This document shows positions 9,663-18,528 of a DNA stretch of 64,000 bases, in pieces. The DNA lies in contig PNAE01000004.1 of NCBI GenBank assembly GCA_003169895.1, positions 74,487 through 138,486 of the forward strand, given 5' to 3'. This DNA is from Gemmatimonadota bacterium (GTDB lineage Bacteria; Gemmatimonadota; Gemmatimonadetes; Gemmatimonadales; GWC2-71-9). Each line of letters starts with the position of its first letter. The stretch's first letter is position 1. Position numbers and translations under genes: made by a program. Under the pieces are notes generated by a model. The model saw only the letters and a list, made by a program, of their open reading frames with translations, did no database searches and was not told where the DNA came from.

Positions 9663-10568
9663 CTATCGTCTCTCCAACGCCCGCCTCGCCTCGACAATCG
9701 CCGCTGCCGCCGCCGCGATCGTGGGGCCGGCCCGGGCGAACAGGTCGCCCGGGATCTCGATCACTCGTCCGGCGCGGACCGCACCGAGTTCCCGCCATCC
9801 GGGCTTGCTGCGCAGCTCGGCCAGTCGCTGGCCGGGCATGCCGCGTGACGTCAGGATCCAGTCGGGCTGGCGGGCGGTGATCGCCTCCAGCGATACCGTC
9901 GGCCACGGCGACTGGACATCTGCAAAGACATTGCGCAGGCACGCGGCGTCGAGCAGCGTGGTCATCCAGGTGCCACCACCGGCGGTCATCGGTGGATCCG
10001 TCCAAAGGACCAGCAATACGGTCGGCGCGGTCTTCGCGCCCGCGGGACAGGCGCCACTCTGCACGGCGCGGAGTCTGGCGCGCAGATCGGTCGCGAGCGA
10101 TTCGGCATGCTCGCTTCGCCCGACGAGCACGCCGAGCCGGGTCAGGTTGCGGAAGACATCGGCAGTGTCGGTGGTTTCAAACGACAGCACCGGAATGTGG
10201 AACGGCGCCAGCGCGTGCTCCAGGTCGGTGGACGCCCCGTTGCGCCAGCCGAGCACGACATCGGGCTTGAGCGCAGCGACTGCCTCCGCGCTCGGATCGA
10301 GGCCGCCGCCAATCGACGGCAGCGCGGCGAGTTCGGGTTCATGGTCGAAATCAGTGCGTGCGACGAGTCGACCACTTTCTCCCAGCAGCACGAGCCATTC
10401 GGTCGCCGACTGCATCGTCGACACGATGCGCCGGGCCGGCAGATGCGCGAGCGTGACGGGATGACCTTCGGCGTCTTCGAATCCAGTGGCGACCGGCAAT
10501 GCAGCGTGCGACCCGCGGCAGGACGCCAGCATGACGGCCATAGCCAGCGACGTGCCGCACCACGTCAC
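9663..10568 (-). CDS. ABC-transporter periplasmic substrate-binding lipoprotein (BtuF/FecB-type, iron-siderophore/cobalamin class)
   Basis: N-terminal lipobox MLASC. PDVVLG, PDWILTS and RAGRVIEIPGDLFARAGP are typical of class III binding proteins. The GTG start overlaps the upstream stop (GTGA 10565-10568). Confidence 0.75.
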   Translation of the reverse strand: MTWCGTSLAMAVMLASCRGSHAALPVATGFEDAEGHPVTLAHLPARRIVSTMQSATEWLVLLGESGRLVARTDFDHEPELAALPSIGGGLDPSAEAVAALKPDVVLGWRNGASTDLEHALAPFHIPVLSFETTDTADVFRNLTRLGVLVGRSEHAESLATDLRARLRAVQSGACPAGAKTAPTVLLVLWTDPPMTAGGGTWMTTLLDAACLRNVFADVQSPWPTVSLEAITARQPDWILTSRGMPGQRLAELRSKPGWRELGAVRAGRVIEIPGDLFARAGPTIAAAAAAIVEARRALERR

Positions 10569-11392
10569 GGCTTGTGCGGGATCAATCCGGGCAGCGCCGG
10601 AAGGATCGAGTTCTTCAGGACATCGGGGCCGAGTGGTTTGAATGTCGGCGGGATATCGAACGCATCCGGCGCGGGCGACGCACTACTCGCCGACAGCAAT
10701 TCGACGACGGTGGCCGAGTCCATGCTGGCGAAGCGCACCGGCAGCAACTTGCGACCGGAGAACGTGGTCGAGAGCTGGTGTCCAGCGGCGCTGCGGTCGA
10801 GATGCAACTTGGTCACGATCCATTGGACGAGTGGCGCGGTACTGCGGCTCTGTTCCACGAAGCAGACGTTGACGGTGTCCTTGACGGTGGTAATCAGCCA
10901 GTTCTCGCAGGCGGCGCCGGCGACGATCCGGGTGGTACCCAAGGGCCGTGCTGTGGGTTTGTCCTTCAACAGCGTGTCGGGCTTGACGACCGAATCAGTG
11001 GCCGGCGCCTTGAATCGCATTCGATATCCGCCCACGATGGAGTCGGCCGCTGGGGCAGGCAGCAGCGCGCGCACGCCGGGCGGCACGCTGATTCCGACAT
11101 CGGTGCTGTCGTCGGTGGCTCCGGTGACGACGCGGATCCATCCGTTCGCGAGTAGCGCTCCGACGCCCACCGAGTCTGCATCGGCGGCGAGTGTGACGGC
11201 GGAGCGTCGGCCGTCACTGCTGGCGGTGAGTCGAAGCGACATACCGCCAGCCAGCAGTGGCACCGGCGCGGACTTCGTTGAGCCGGGCGTCATCCTGATC
11301 GCGAGAGTCACAGAGCCAACCGGCGTTGCCTGCCCGAGCGCCAGGCTGGGGCTCACCAGGGTAGCTGCCAGCAGAATTGTGCGAACCCGCAT
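10565..11392 (-). CDS. secreted hypothetical protein (DUF4412-like, tentative)
   Basis: Signal peptide MRVRTILLAATLVSPSLALGQA and beta-rich composition. The family name is a guess from its resemblance to the neighbouring paralog. Confidence 0.6.
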   Translation of the reverse strand: MRVRTILLAATLVSPSLALGQATPVGSVTLAIRMTPGSTKSAPVPLLAGGMSLRLTASSDGRRSAVTLAADADSVGVGALLANGWIRVVTGATDDSTDVGISVPPGVRALLPAPAADSIVGGYRMRFKAPATDSVVKPDTLLKDKPTARPLGTTRIVAGAACENWLITTVKDTVNVCFVEQSRSTAPLVQWIVTKLHLDRSAAGHQLSTTFSGRKLLPVRFASMDSATVVELLSASSASPAPDAFDIPPTFKPLGPDVLKNSILPALPGLIPHKP

Positions 11393-11479
11393 GTTGGACG
11401 CCTCGCGTCAGGAGGTTCAGAAAGAGCGGCTGGCCCCTCATGTGGGTGGCCCGCTGCGCCCTCGCGTGTCAGACGCCGA

Positions 11480-12169
11480 TCAGAAGCCGCCGCCGCTGCC
11501 ACCCATCCCGGGCATTTCCATGTAGCCGTCGGGGATGACCCAGATGCTGGCCGGTACATGGCCCGGCTTCACCTCCGTGGCTTCAAAATCGACCTTGCCG
11601 CCCGGCGTCCACACCTTGAGCGGGAAGCCGTTGTCGCCGATGGCCGAGACCCAGCTCGGAGCACCGCCGCCGCGGCCGCGCCCTCCCGTCTGCGGGTAGG
11701 TGAAGTGGCCCAGCTCGGTAGTCAGGCACATCTGGTGGGGTGTCTTGGTGCCGGTTTCTTCGTAGTCGTCGCACTTGTGTCCGGCGATCATCTCGGAGGT
11801 GCCGAGCGGCTTCACACCCGTCGTTGCTCCGGCCTTGGACTCGGGGATATCAATGACGCGCTTCATCCCCTTCATGCCCATCCCGCCCATTCTGCCGGCC
11901 ATCTCCGGACTGATGGGGACCAGCATGGTCATCTTCCGGGTGGACCAATCAATCAGGATCTTCAGCTCCCCGCCCCCACCCATCGGCGACGTCGAAGGGA
12001 CCGTCCCCGTGATCGCCATTTGCGTGCTCTTCATGTACCACTTCTGATTGGTAAGTGCATTGGCGTCGGTCGAATCACCCTTGATCATCACCACCCCCTC
12101 GAACGCCTGCGCCGACAGCGGGGCAGCCAGGGCCGCAAGCGAGAGGAAACACAGAGCAGAACGGCGCAT
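11480..12169 (-). CDS. secreted hypothetical protein (DUF4412-like, tentative)
   Basis: ATG 12169 with AGGTGA 5 nt upstream. Signal peptide MRRSALCFLSLAALAAPLSAQA. Met/Gly-rich loops (MGGMGMKGMK). Confidence 0.6.
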   Translation of the reverse strand: MRRSALCFLSLAALAAPLSAQAFEGVVMIKGDSTDANALTNQKWYMKSTQMAITGTVPSTSPMGGGGELKILIDWSTRKMTMLVPISPEMAGRMGGMGMKGMKRVIDIPESKAGATTGVKPLGTSEMIAGHKCDDYEETGTKTPHQMCLTTELGHFTYPQTGGRGRGGGAPSWVSAIGDNGFPLKVWTPGGKVDFEATEVKPGHVPASIWVIPDGYMEMPGMGGSGGGF

Positions 12170-12203
12170 CGTGATCACCTGGGTTGGAGGAATCGGGGCG
12201 TGA

Positions 12204-12290
12204 CGGCGTGGGTGAGATTCGAACTCACGAGACCCTTACGGGCCCGCCGGTTTTCAAGACCGGTGCATTCAACCGCTCTGCCACCACGCC
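12204..12290 (-). tRNA. tRNA-Ser (anticodon TGA)
   Basis: Acceptor GGCGTGG/CCACGCC, anticodon loop CTTGAAA, long variable arm, T-loop GTTCGAATC. 87 nt; no CCA encoded. Confidence 0.9.
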
Positions 12291-12407
12291 TCGCCGCAAT
12301 AACCTAGGGCGTGGGTGTAGTCGACCGGTAGGGGGCGCCGCCTTGGGACGTGCGCGCGCCGGCGATACTGTTCGGCAGACTTTCGACTACGACCACCGGG
12401 AGCCGGC

Positions 12408-13409
12408 GTGAGGCCTGACCCTGTCGACCTGACCCGCGCACTTCTCGCCATTCCGTCGCCGACGGGGCAGGAGCACGCGGTCACCGCGTTCGTTGCTGAC
12501 CATCTGGCCGGGCTCGGCTGGCAGGTCACTCGCCAGTTGGTGGGAGACGGTCGCGAGAATGTCTTCGCGCACTGCGGCAATCCTGTCGTGGTGCTGTCCA
12601 CGCATCTTGACACTGTGCCGCCGGAACTCCCGTACCGCGAGGACGACGACGTCATTTATGGCCGGGGGGCCTGCGACGCCAAGGGCATCGCGGCGGCGAT
12701 GGTCTCCGCCGCGGAGCTACTTCGTGCGGACGGCGAGTCACGCGTCGGCTTGTTGTTCGTGGTCGACGAGGAAGATGGATCGGCGGGCGCGCGGGCCGCG
12801 GCGGCGCTGGCGCCGAAAGGCCGATTCCTCATCAACGGCGAGCCGACCGACAATCGCCTGGTAACCGCGCAGAAGGGCACGCTCAAGGTGATCCTCGAAG
12901 CGGAGGGTCGTGCGGCGCATTCCGGCTACCCGGAACTCGGCGATTCAGCGATCGATCGCCTGCTCGATGCCTTGCAGCGGATTCGCGCGGTGCCGCTGCC
13001 GGTCGATCCGGTCCTCGGGCCGTCGACCCTCAACATCGGCCGGATCGCAGGCGGTGAAGCCCCCAACGTCATCGCCCCGCACGCGCGCGCGGAACTGCTG
13101 GTCCGACTGGTTGGCAGCGATGAAGACACTCCGGCGGCCATTTGCGCGGCCGCCGGCCCCGGAATCCAGCTGACGTTCATCCCGGGGTTGCCCCCCGCCC
13201 ACGCGCCATCGATTCCGGGTTGGCCGTCAACGACCGTGGCGTTCGCATCCGACTTGGCAGTTCACGGGTCGTGGGGGACGTGCTACCAGCTCGGTCCAGG
13301 ATCCGTCCATGTCGCACACACGCCGGACGAGCGAATCAGCAAGGCGGAGCTGCGTGAAGGAGCGCGGCTGTACGTGAAGTTGGCCAGGACGCTGCTGGAG
13401 AAGGCGTGA
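12408..13409 (+). CDS. M20-family metallopeptidase (ArgE/DapE-like deacylase)
   Basis: LSTHLDTVPP, GRGACDAKG and FVVDEEDGS metal-ligand motifs. 333 aa with a GTG start. Confidence 0.8.
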   Translation: MRPDPVDLTRALLAIPSPTGQEHAVTAFVADHLAGLGWQVTRQLVGDGRENVFAHCGNPVVVLSTHLDTVPPELPYREDDDVIYGRGACDAKGIAAAMVSAAELLRADGESRVGLLFVVDEEDGSAGARAAAALAPKGRFLINGEPTDNRLVTAQKGTLKVILEAEGRAAHSGYPELGDSAIDRLLDALQRIRAVPLPVDPVLGPSTLNIGRIAGGEAPNVIAPHARAELLVRLVGSDEDTPAAICAAAGPGIQLTFIPGLPPAHAPSIPGWPSTTVAFASDLAVHGSWGTCYQLGPGSVHVAHTPDERISKAELREGARLYVKLARTLLEKA

Positions 13410-13410
13410 G

Positions 13411-13520
13411 ACGTAAGAGGTAAGAGGTGAGAGGTAAGAGCTGAGAGGTAAGAGGTCGTTTTTCCCTTTCACCTCTCACCTCTCACCGCCCACCTCTCAC
13501 CGCTCACCGCTCACCTCTCA
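13411..13520. repeat. 110-nt imperfect palindrome built from tandem heptads (GTRAGAG x6 / loop TCGTTTTTCC / CNCYCAC x8)
   Basis: Read directly: gtaagag gtaagag gtgagag gtaagag ctgagag gtaagag ... ctttcac ctctcac ctctcac cgcccac ctctcac cgctcac cgctcac ctctcag. It lies between convergent genes, and the right end covers the stop codon of the minus-strand gene. Confidence 0.9.
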
Positions 13521-14570
13521 GAAGTCAATCCGCGTAATTCTGCCGTTCGGTCCCACGGCCCACGCGCGGCGGCCCGCCGCGCGAACGGCCCAGTAGGAGT
13601 TCGTGGTCACGGCGGTCCAGTTGTCGCCGCTGTCCGCGGTAACGAACAGGCCGCCGTACGACGCGACCACCGCGGTCTTGCCGCTCACCTTGGGGACCAG
13701 TACCACGCCCGAAAGCGAGCCCGGGCGTGAAGGCCGGTGCCGCAACGTCCAGGTCGCGCCGCCATCATCGGTCGTCGCTACCGCGGCGGACGATGTATCG
13801 CCCGCCATCGCGCTGTTGACTCGCGCGGCAACTCCGATGCCGTGCTGCGCGTCCCGAAACGACAGCGCCGTGATCCCGGCCATGCTGTCATGAACGAACG
13901 GCGTGTTCGCCGCCACGACCGTCCACGTGTTCCCGGCGTCAACGGTGCGGAATACGCGCGCCCCTGGTTCGCTCGCGGCGATCCACCCGTGCCTGCTGTC
14001 GACGCTGATCGCGCAGCTGTTGCTCGACGCGAATCCACCTTCACCCTTGAGCGGCGCTGGCACGGCGCTCTGCGGCAACAATGCCCAGGTCCCGCCGCCG
14101 TCCGCGGTGCGCAGGATCACCGTATTGCCATTGGAGGCGTCGCTGTAGGCGACGCCATGTTTCGCGTCGAAGAAGGTGATGCAGTCGTAGAACGCCGTGG
14201 AATCGGTGTTGCGGAATTGCTCGGTCCAACTCGCGCCGCCGTCGTCGGTGTGATAGATGCGGGATCGTGAGCCGGGGCCGGCACTCAACGCCCATGCTTC
14301 GGAGGCGCTGATCCCGTGAATCCCGCGGAACTCGAGCCGCTCGGCTCCAGCAACGGCGCGGCGCTCCCACGTCTCGCCGCCGTCGAGCGTGCGAACCACG
14401 GTGCCAGCCGCGCCGCCCGCCCAGACCGTCCTGGCGTCGACGGCGCTCACCGACTGCAGGAGTACCCGGACGCCGCTCGCTTCTTCCACGACTCGCGGTT
14501 GCTGCGCCGGGAGCTGCGCCGCCAACGCGATCAGCAGCATTCCCGGAACGAGGCGCCCGGTCACGGTCAC
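13518..14570 (-). CDS. secreted BNR/Asp-box repeat beta-propeller protein (Ycf48/sialidase-like fold)
   Basis: Six Asp-boxes: LDGGETW, DDGGASW, ADGGGTW, VDAGNTW, DDGGATW, ADSGDNW. GTG 14570 overlaps the upstream stop (GTGA). The rest of the 778-aa track ORF overlaps the upstream gene in another frame. Confidence 0.85.
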   Translation of the reverse strand: MTVTGRLVPGMLLIALAAQLPAQQPRVVEEASGVRVLLQSVSAVDARTVWAGGAAGTVVRTLDGGETWERRAVAGAERLEFRGIHGISASEAWALSAGPGSRSRIYHTDDGGASWTEQFRNTDSTAFYDCITFFDAKHGVAYSDASNGNTVILRTADGGGTWALLPQSAVPAPLKGEGGFASSNSCAISVDSRHGWIAASEPGARVFRTVDAGNTWTVVAANTPFVHDSMAGITALSFRDAQHGIGVAARVNSAMAGDTSSAAVATTDDGGATWTLRHRPSRPGSLSGVVLVPKVSGKTAVVASYGGLFVTADSGDNWTAVTTNSYWAVRAAGRRAWAVGPNGRITRIDF

Positions 14571-16942
14571 TGTCCGCTGATCGACTTCGCAATACGATCG
14601 GCGACCGACGCGGCCTTCGCGGCATGCACGCTGTCGCCAACTTGCAGCAGCACCTGCGCCGAACCGCGGTAGACGATTTCGTACAGGCTCAGGATTGACG
14701 CCGATGGCGGGTCGAACCAGCCCAGCGGCCGGTCGTGCGCCGCCGCTTCCGGGTGGTAGACGTCGAACAGCAGTGTTCGCGTCAGCGGCACGTTCATGAA
14801 GCCCATCGGGGAACTGACGATCGGACCCCCCGGCGTCACCGGCTGGGGCATCAGCTGCTGTACCATACCCTGGCTTATCAGGTACGGAGCCAGGTCCATC
14901 GTGCCATACTGGCCTCCGAGCGCGTACGGGCCGTCGCTCCACGAGAAATAGATCGGCCGCTTGCCGATGTTGTCCTTGATCAGCAGTAGCACGGCGACAT
15001 CGGCCTTCATCAGCTGCGGCCGGGCGAGCTTCACCCAGATCGAGCCGAGCGGCAGGCTGTCGCCCGCAGGCGCCTGCATCACGTCCTGCAGCGAGTCCAG
15101 CAGCCCGATGGGCTCGGCGAAGACCGAACCCGCCGGCTTCTGCCAGCCGCCCGGCGGCATGCCGGTGAGCGGCACGGCGTTGGTGTCGCTGCCGGGTTGC
15201 CACACCTTGGGCGCGCCCGCCGGATCGAACGTCGGTGTTTCGCGGCGCTTGAGCTGGCGGAGGTGCCAGTCGGTGTTCATCAACGACAGGTTCGCCAGCG
15301 TCACGTCGCGCCGGATGCCGAGTACTTCCTGGGCAAACCACAGCGGGAACGTGTCGTTGTCGCCGGCAGTGATCAGGATGCCATACGGTGCCACCGACTG
15401 CAGCATGTCGACGGCGAAATCGCTGGCCAGCGTCTCGTGGTTGCGCGGCGCGCTTACCCGGTTGCCCAACAGCGGGATCAGTGCCAGGGCGAGCACGGGA
15501 GTCCCTGCCAGCCAACGCCGCTGCTCGGTGGCCCGGTCGCCCAGCCATTCGGCCGTGGCGCGAATCGCGGCGGCGAAGCCCGCGGCGAGCAGCACGCCGA
15601 CGAACGCGAAGGACGCGACGTAGAAGTAGTCGCGCTCGCGGACCTCGCGATCGTCCACTGAGACGTTCGGGTAAGTGAACATGTACCGGAAGTTCAGGTA
15701 GTAGATCAGCAGCAGCGTGAGCGTGAACAACAGGATGGCCGCGGTCACCCCGGCCCGACGATCGCGGGTGATCAGGATTCCGAGGCCCCAGGCGCACAGG
15801 GCGGTGAACAGGCCGGTGGCGAGGCTGCCCAGCGCCCCGATGTCCTTGGCCCACTGCCAGCTCCAGTAATGCCAGTACATGCCGAGTTGCGCGCTCAATG
15901 GTGACATCCGCTGCGCCACCGGTGGCTTGCCGTACTGCAGCCGGTTGAGCACATCGCTCAATGCCTGGGAAAAGAACCCGATGGGCTCGCCTTCATTGAT
16001 CGGCGGATGTTGCGCCGCGCGGATGGGCAGGTAGACATAGTTGAGTGTCAGGCCCACCAGCACGGCGAGCACGCCGACATACAGCAGCGGGTTCCGGCGA
16101 TCCTTGTACACCCCCCAGCCGGCGATGGCGACGATGCCGAGGAGCCCTCCAATCCGCGTGAGCGCGGCGACGCCCGACGCGCCCTCGACCGCCGCGTTGT
16201 ACGTGAGCGCGGCCGCCGGGTTCCCCCAACTGCCGCCATGGGTCAGCACGGTGAGGCTGTCGCCCAGGACGCCGGAAACGCCGAGGAGGAGCACCCACGC
16301 CATCAGCATGACCCATGGCTCCATGGTCAGACGCGGCTGGGTCCACAGTACGTACACTGCGATGACCGGCAGGGCGAGCACGCCCATCAGATGGTTCGTC
16401 GAGGTCAGGGCGGCGAGGTAGGCGGCAAAGATCAGCAGCCCGTTGCGCCGCGGGGAGTCGGGAAGATCGGCCCAGCGCACCATGCACCAGACCATCATCG
16501 CGATGCTCAGCATGGAGACGGTGTACACCTTCTCGTTGACCGTGGACTGGTTCCACACCGTCCACGCCATCGCGCTCGCGAAGATCCCGGCGAACGCAGC
16601 CGCCAGCCGCGGCCCGCGGGTCGGCAGGATGCTCCGCAGCCACCGCTCCGCGACCAGGAACCAGAAGCCGGCACCGGCGGCACTGGTGAACGCCGCGAAG
16701 AGGTTGATTCGCTTGGCGTAGTTCGCTGCCAGCGGCAGCATCCCCCAGACGTGCGCCAGCACGGTGAACAAGGGATTGCCGGGCGGATGCGGGATGCCGA
16801 GCACCTTGGCGGCAGCGATGTACTCCGACGTGTCCCAGAACGCCGTCGTCGGTGACAGGGTGACGACGTAAATCGCGAAGATGACCAGGAAGGTCAGTGC
16901 CGCGTAGAGGTACGGTGGACGGTTGTCGGGATCGTCTTGCAA
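14567..16942 (-). CDS. DUF2723-family polytopic membrane protein (GT-C fold glycosyltransferase-like)
   Basis: The N-terminus TLSPTTAFWDTSEYIAAAKVLGIPHPPGNPLF is characteristic of DUF2723. There are many TM helices and a large C-terminal soluble domain. TTG is the only available start. Confidence 0.8.
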   Translation of the reverse strand: MQDDPDNRPPYLYAALTFLVIFAIYVVTLSPTTAFWDTSEYIAAAKVLGIPHPPGNPLFTVLAHVWGMLPLAANYAKRINLFAAFTSAAGAGFWFLVAERWLRSILPTRGPRLAAAFAGIFASAMAWTVWNQSTVNEKVYTVSMLSIAMMVWCMVRWADLPDSPRRNGLLIFAAYLAALTSTNHLMGVLALPVIAVYVLWTQPRLTMEPWVMLMAWVLLLGVSGVLGDSLTVLTHGGSWGNPAAALTYNAAVEGASGVAALTRIGGLLGIVAIAGWGVYKDRRNPLLYVGVLAVLVGLTLNYVYLPIRAAQHPPINEGEPIGFFSQALSDVLNRLQYGKPPVAQRMSPLSAQLGMYWHYWSWQWAKDIGALGSLATGLFTALCAWGLGILITRDRRAGVTAAILLFTLTLLLIYYLNFRYMFTYPNVSVDDREVRERDYFYVASFAFVGVLLAAGFAAAIRATAEWLGDRATEQRRWLAGTPVLALALIPLLGNRVSAPRNHETLASDFAVDMLQSVAPYGILITAGDNDTFPLWFAQEVLGIRRDVTLANLSLMNTDWHLRQLKRRETPTFDPAGAPKVWQPGSDTNAVPLTGMPPGGWQKPAGSVFAEPIGLLDSLQDVMQAPAGDSLPLGSIWVKLARPQLMKADVAVLLLIKDNIGKRPIYFSWSDGPYALGGQYGTMDLAPYLISQGMVQQLMPQPVTPGGPIVSSPMGFMNVPLTRTLLFDVYHPEAAAHDRPLGWFDPPSASILSLYEIVYRGSAQVLLQVGDSVHAAKAASVADRIAKSISGQ

Positions 16943-16970
16943 GCGCTGCTCCGTGTCGTCGTCGTGGGTC

Positions 16971-18500
16971 CTAATGCCTGAACATCCTCACTCCAGTCAA
17001 CACCATCGCCACGTCCAGCCGGTTCGCCGCATCGATCACGTCGGCGTCGCGGACCGATCCGCCCGGCTGAATGATCACCCGAATCCCGGCCCGCGCGGCT
17101 TCTTCGACACCGTCGGGGAACGGAAAGAAGCCGTCCGATGCCAGCACGGCCCCGTCCGTTCGGTGGCCTGCCTGTTGCGCCTTGTGCACGGCGAGAAATG
17201 CGGCATCGATCCGGCTCATCTGGCCGGCGCCGATGCCGATGGTCTGTTCGTCGCGGGCGAGGACAATCGCATTCGACTTGACCGTCGTCACCGCCGCCCA
17301 CGCAAAGCGCAGGTCGTTCAGCTCGAGCGCCGTGGGTTCGCGGGTGGTCCCGACCCGCCAGGCGTCCTCGGTGGCGTTGAATGCGAACTGGTCCTGGATC
17401 AGGAACCCACCGCGAATCTTCTTCCAGTCGAGCCCCGATTGGCCCCGCACCACCGGCAGCTCGACCACGCGCACGTTCTTCCTTTCCGCGAAGCGGGCGA
17501 GTGCGTCGGCATGGAACGCCGGCGCGACCACGACTTCGATGAACAAGTCCGCCATTGCGTCGGCCGCCGCGCGGTTGACGACCGTATTGAACGCGATCAC
17601 CGAACCGAACGCCGAGATGGGGTCGGCCGCGCGGGCGCGCTGGAACGCGTCTTCCGCGCTGTGGCCGAGCGCCAGGCCGCACGGTGTGGTGTGCTTGACA
17701 ATCGCGCACGCAACCCGGTTGGTCCAGGCGGCGACCGCCAGCATGGCCGCGTCGATGTCGAGCAGGTTGTTGAACGACAACTCCTTGCCCTGGCGCTGCG
17801 TGAGGTCTCCGATACCGCGCGGTTCCTCCGTGACATAGAGGCCCGCCCGCTGCTGCGGATTCTCGCCGTAACGCAGCACCTGCCGGCGCTCCATCGAGAG
17901 GGTCACTCGAGCCGGCAGGGTGTCACGCCAGGGCGTGAGATATCCGGCAATGGCGTTGTCGTAGTCGGCGGTGTGGGTGAAGACCTTCGCCGCGAAGTCG
18001 CGGCGCGTGTCAAAATCGATCTCGCCGCGTGACAGCAGCTCGGTGACTCGAGGGTAGTCCTTCGGGTCGACCACCGGCAAGACGAACTCAAAATTCTTGG
18101 CGGCCGAGCGGAGCAAGGCCGGGCCGCCAATGTCGATGTTCTCGATCGCATCCTCGAACTTCCCGCCCGGGTTGGCAATCGTCGCCTGGAACGGGTACAG
18201 GTTGACGGCAACCAGGTCGAACCGACTGATCTGCAGGTCCTGCAACTGCCGCAGATGCTCGGCGCGATCGGGCCGGGCGAGCAGACCGGCGTGCACCCGG
18301 GGATGGAGTGTCTTGACTCTGCCATCGAGCATTTCGGGGAACCCGGTGACCTGATCCACGGCCGTCACGGCAACGCCGCCGTCCCGCAGCAGCGAGGCGG
18401 TACCTCCGGTCGACACGATTTCCCACCCGAGGCGCACCAGTTCCTCGGCGAAAGACAGGATGCCGCGCTTGTCGCTCACCGAAATCAGGGCACGCGGCAT
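16971..18500 (-). CDS. purH: bifunctional AICAR transformylase / IMP cyclohydrolase
   Basis: Starts MPRALISVSDKRGI (MGS-like domain) and matches PurH along its full length. The track start at 18692 is an upstream extension. Confidence 0.95.
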   Translation of the reverse strand: MPRALISVSDKRGILSFAEELVRLGWEIVSTGGTASLLRDGGVAVTAVDQVTGFPEMLDGRVKTLHPRVHAGLLARPDRAEHLRQLQDLQISRFDLVAVNLYPFQATIANPGGKFEDAIENIDIGGPALLRSAAKNFEFVLPVVDPKDYPRVTELLSRGEIDFDTRRDFAAKVFTHTADYDNAIAGYLTPWRDTLPARVTLSMERRQVLRYGENPQQRAGLYVTEEPRGIGDLTQRQGKELSFNNLLDIDAAMLAVAAWTNRVACAIVKHTTPCGLALGHSAEDAFQRARAADPISAFGSVIAFNTVVNRAAADAMADLFIEVVVAPAFHADALARFAERKNVRVVELPVVRGQSGLDWKKIRGGFLIQDQFAFNATEDAWRVGTTREPTALELNDLRFAWAAVTTVKSNAIVLARDEQTIGIGAGQMSRIDAAFLAVHKAQQAGHRTDGAVLASDGFFPFPDGVEEAARAGIRVIIQPGGSVRDADVIDAANRLDVAMVLTGVRMFRH

Positions 18501-18528
18501 CGAGCAACTCTCCAGGACGGCGACGCCG

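Noticed and set aside
12184-12411. 75-aa plus-strand ORF preceded by GGAGG
   Set aside because: It lies antisense across tRNA-Ser(TGA), and its sequence simply mirrors the tRNA.
13411-13520. Possible CRISPR array (regularly repeated short units)
   Set aside because: The units are contiguous 7-nt heptads without spacers, and the two halves are reverse complements of each other. It is a tandem-repeat palindrome, not a repeat-spacer array. No cas genes are present in the window.
13518-15854. 778-aa ORF suggesting a much longer BNR protein
   Set aside because: Only the last 351 codons look real (signal peptide plus six Asp-boxes). The upstream two-thirds overlap the DUF2723 gene in another frame and are Arg/Pro/Gly-rich. 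GTG 14570 forms a GTGA junction with the DUF2723 stop.
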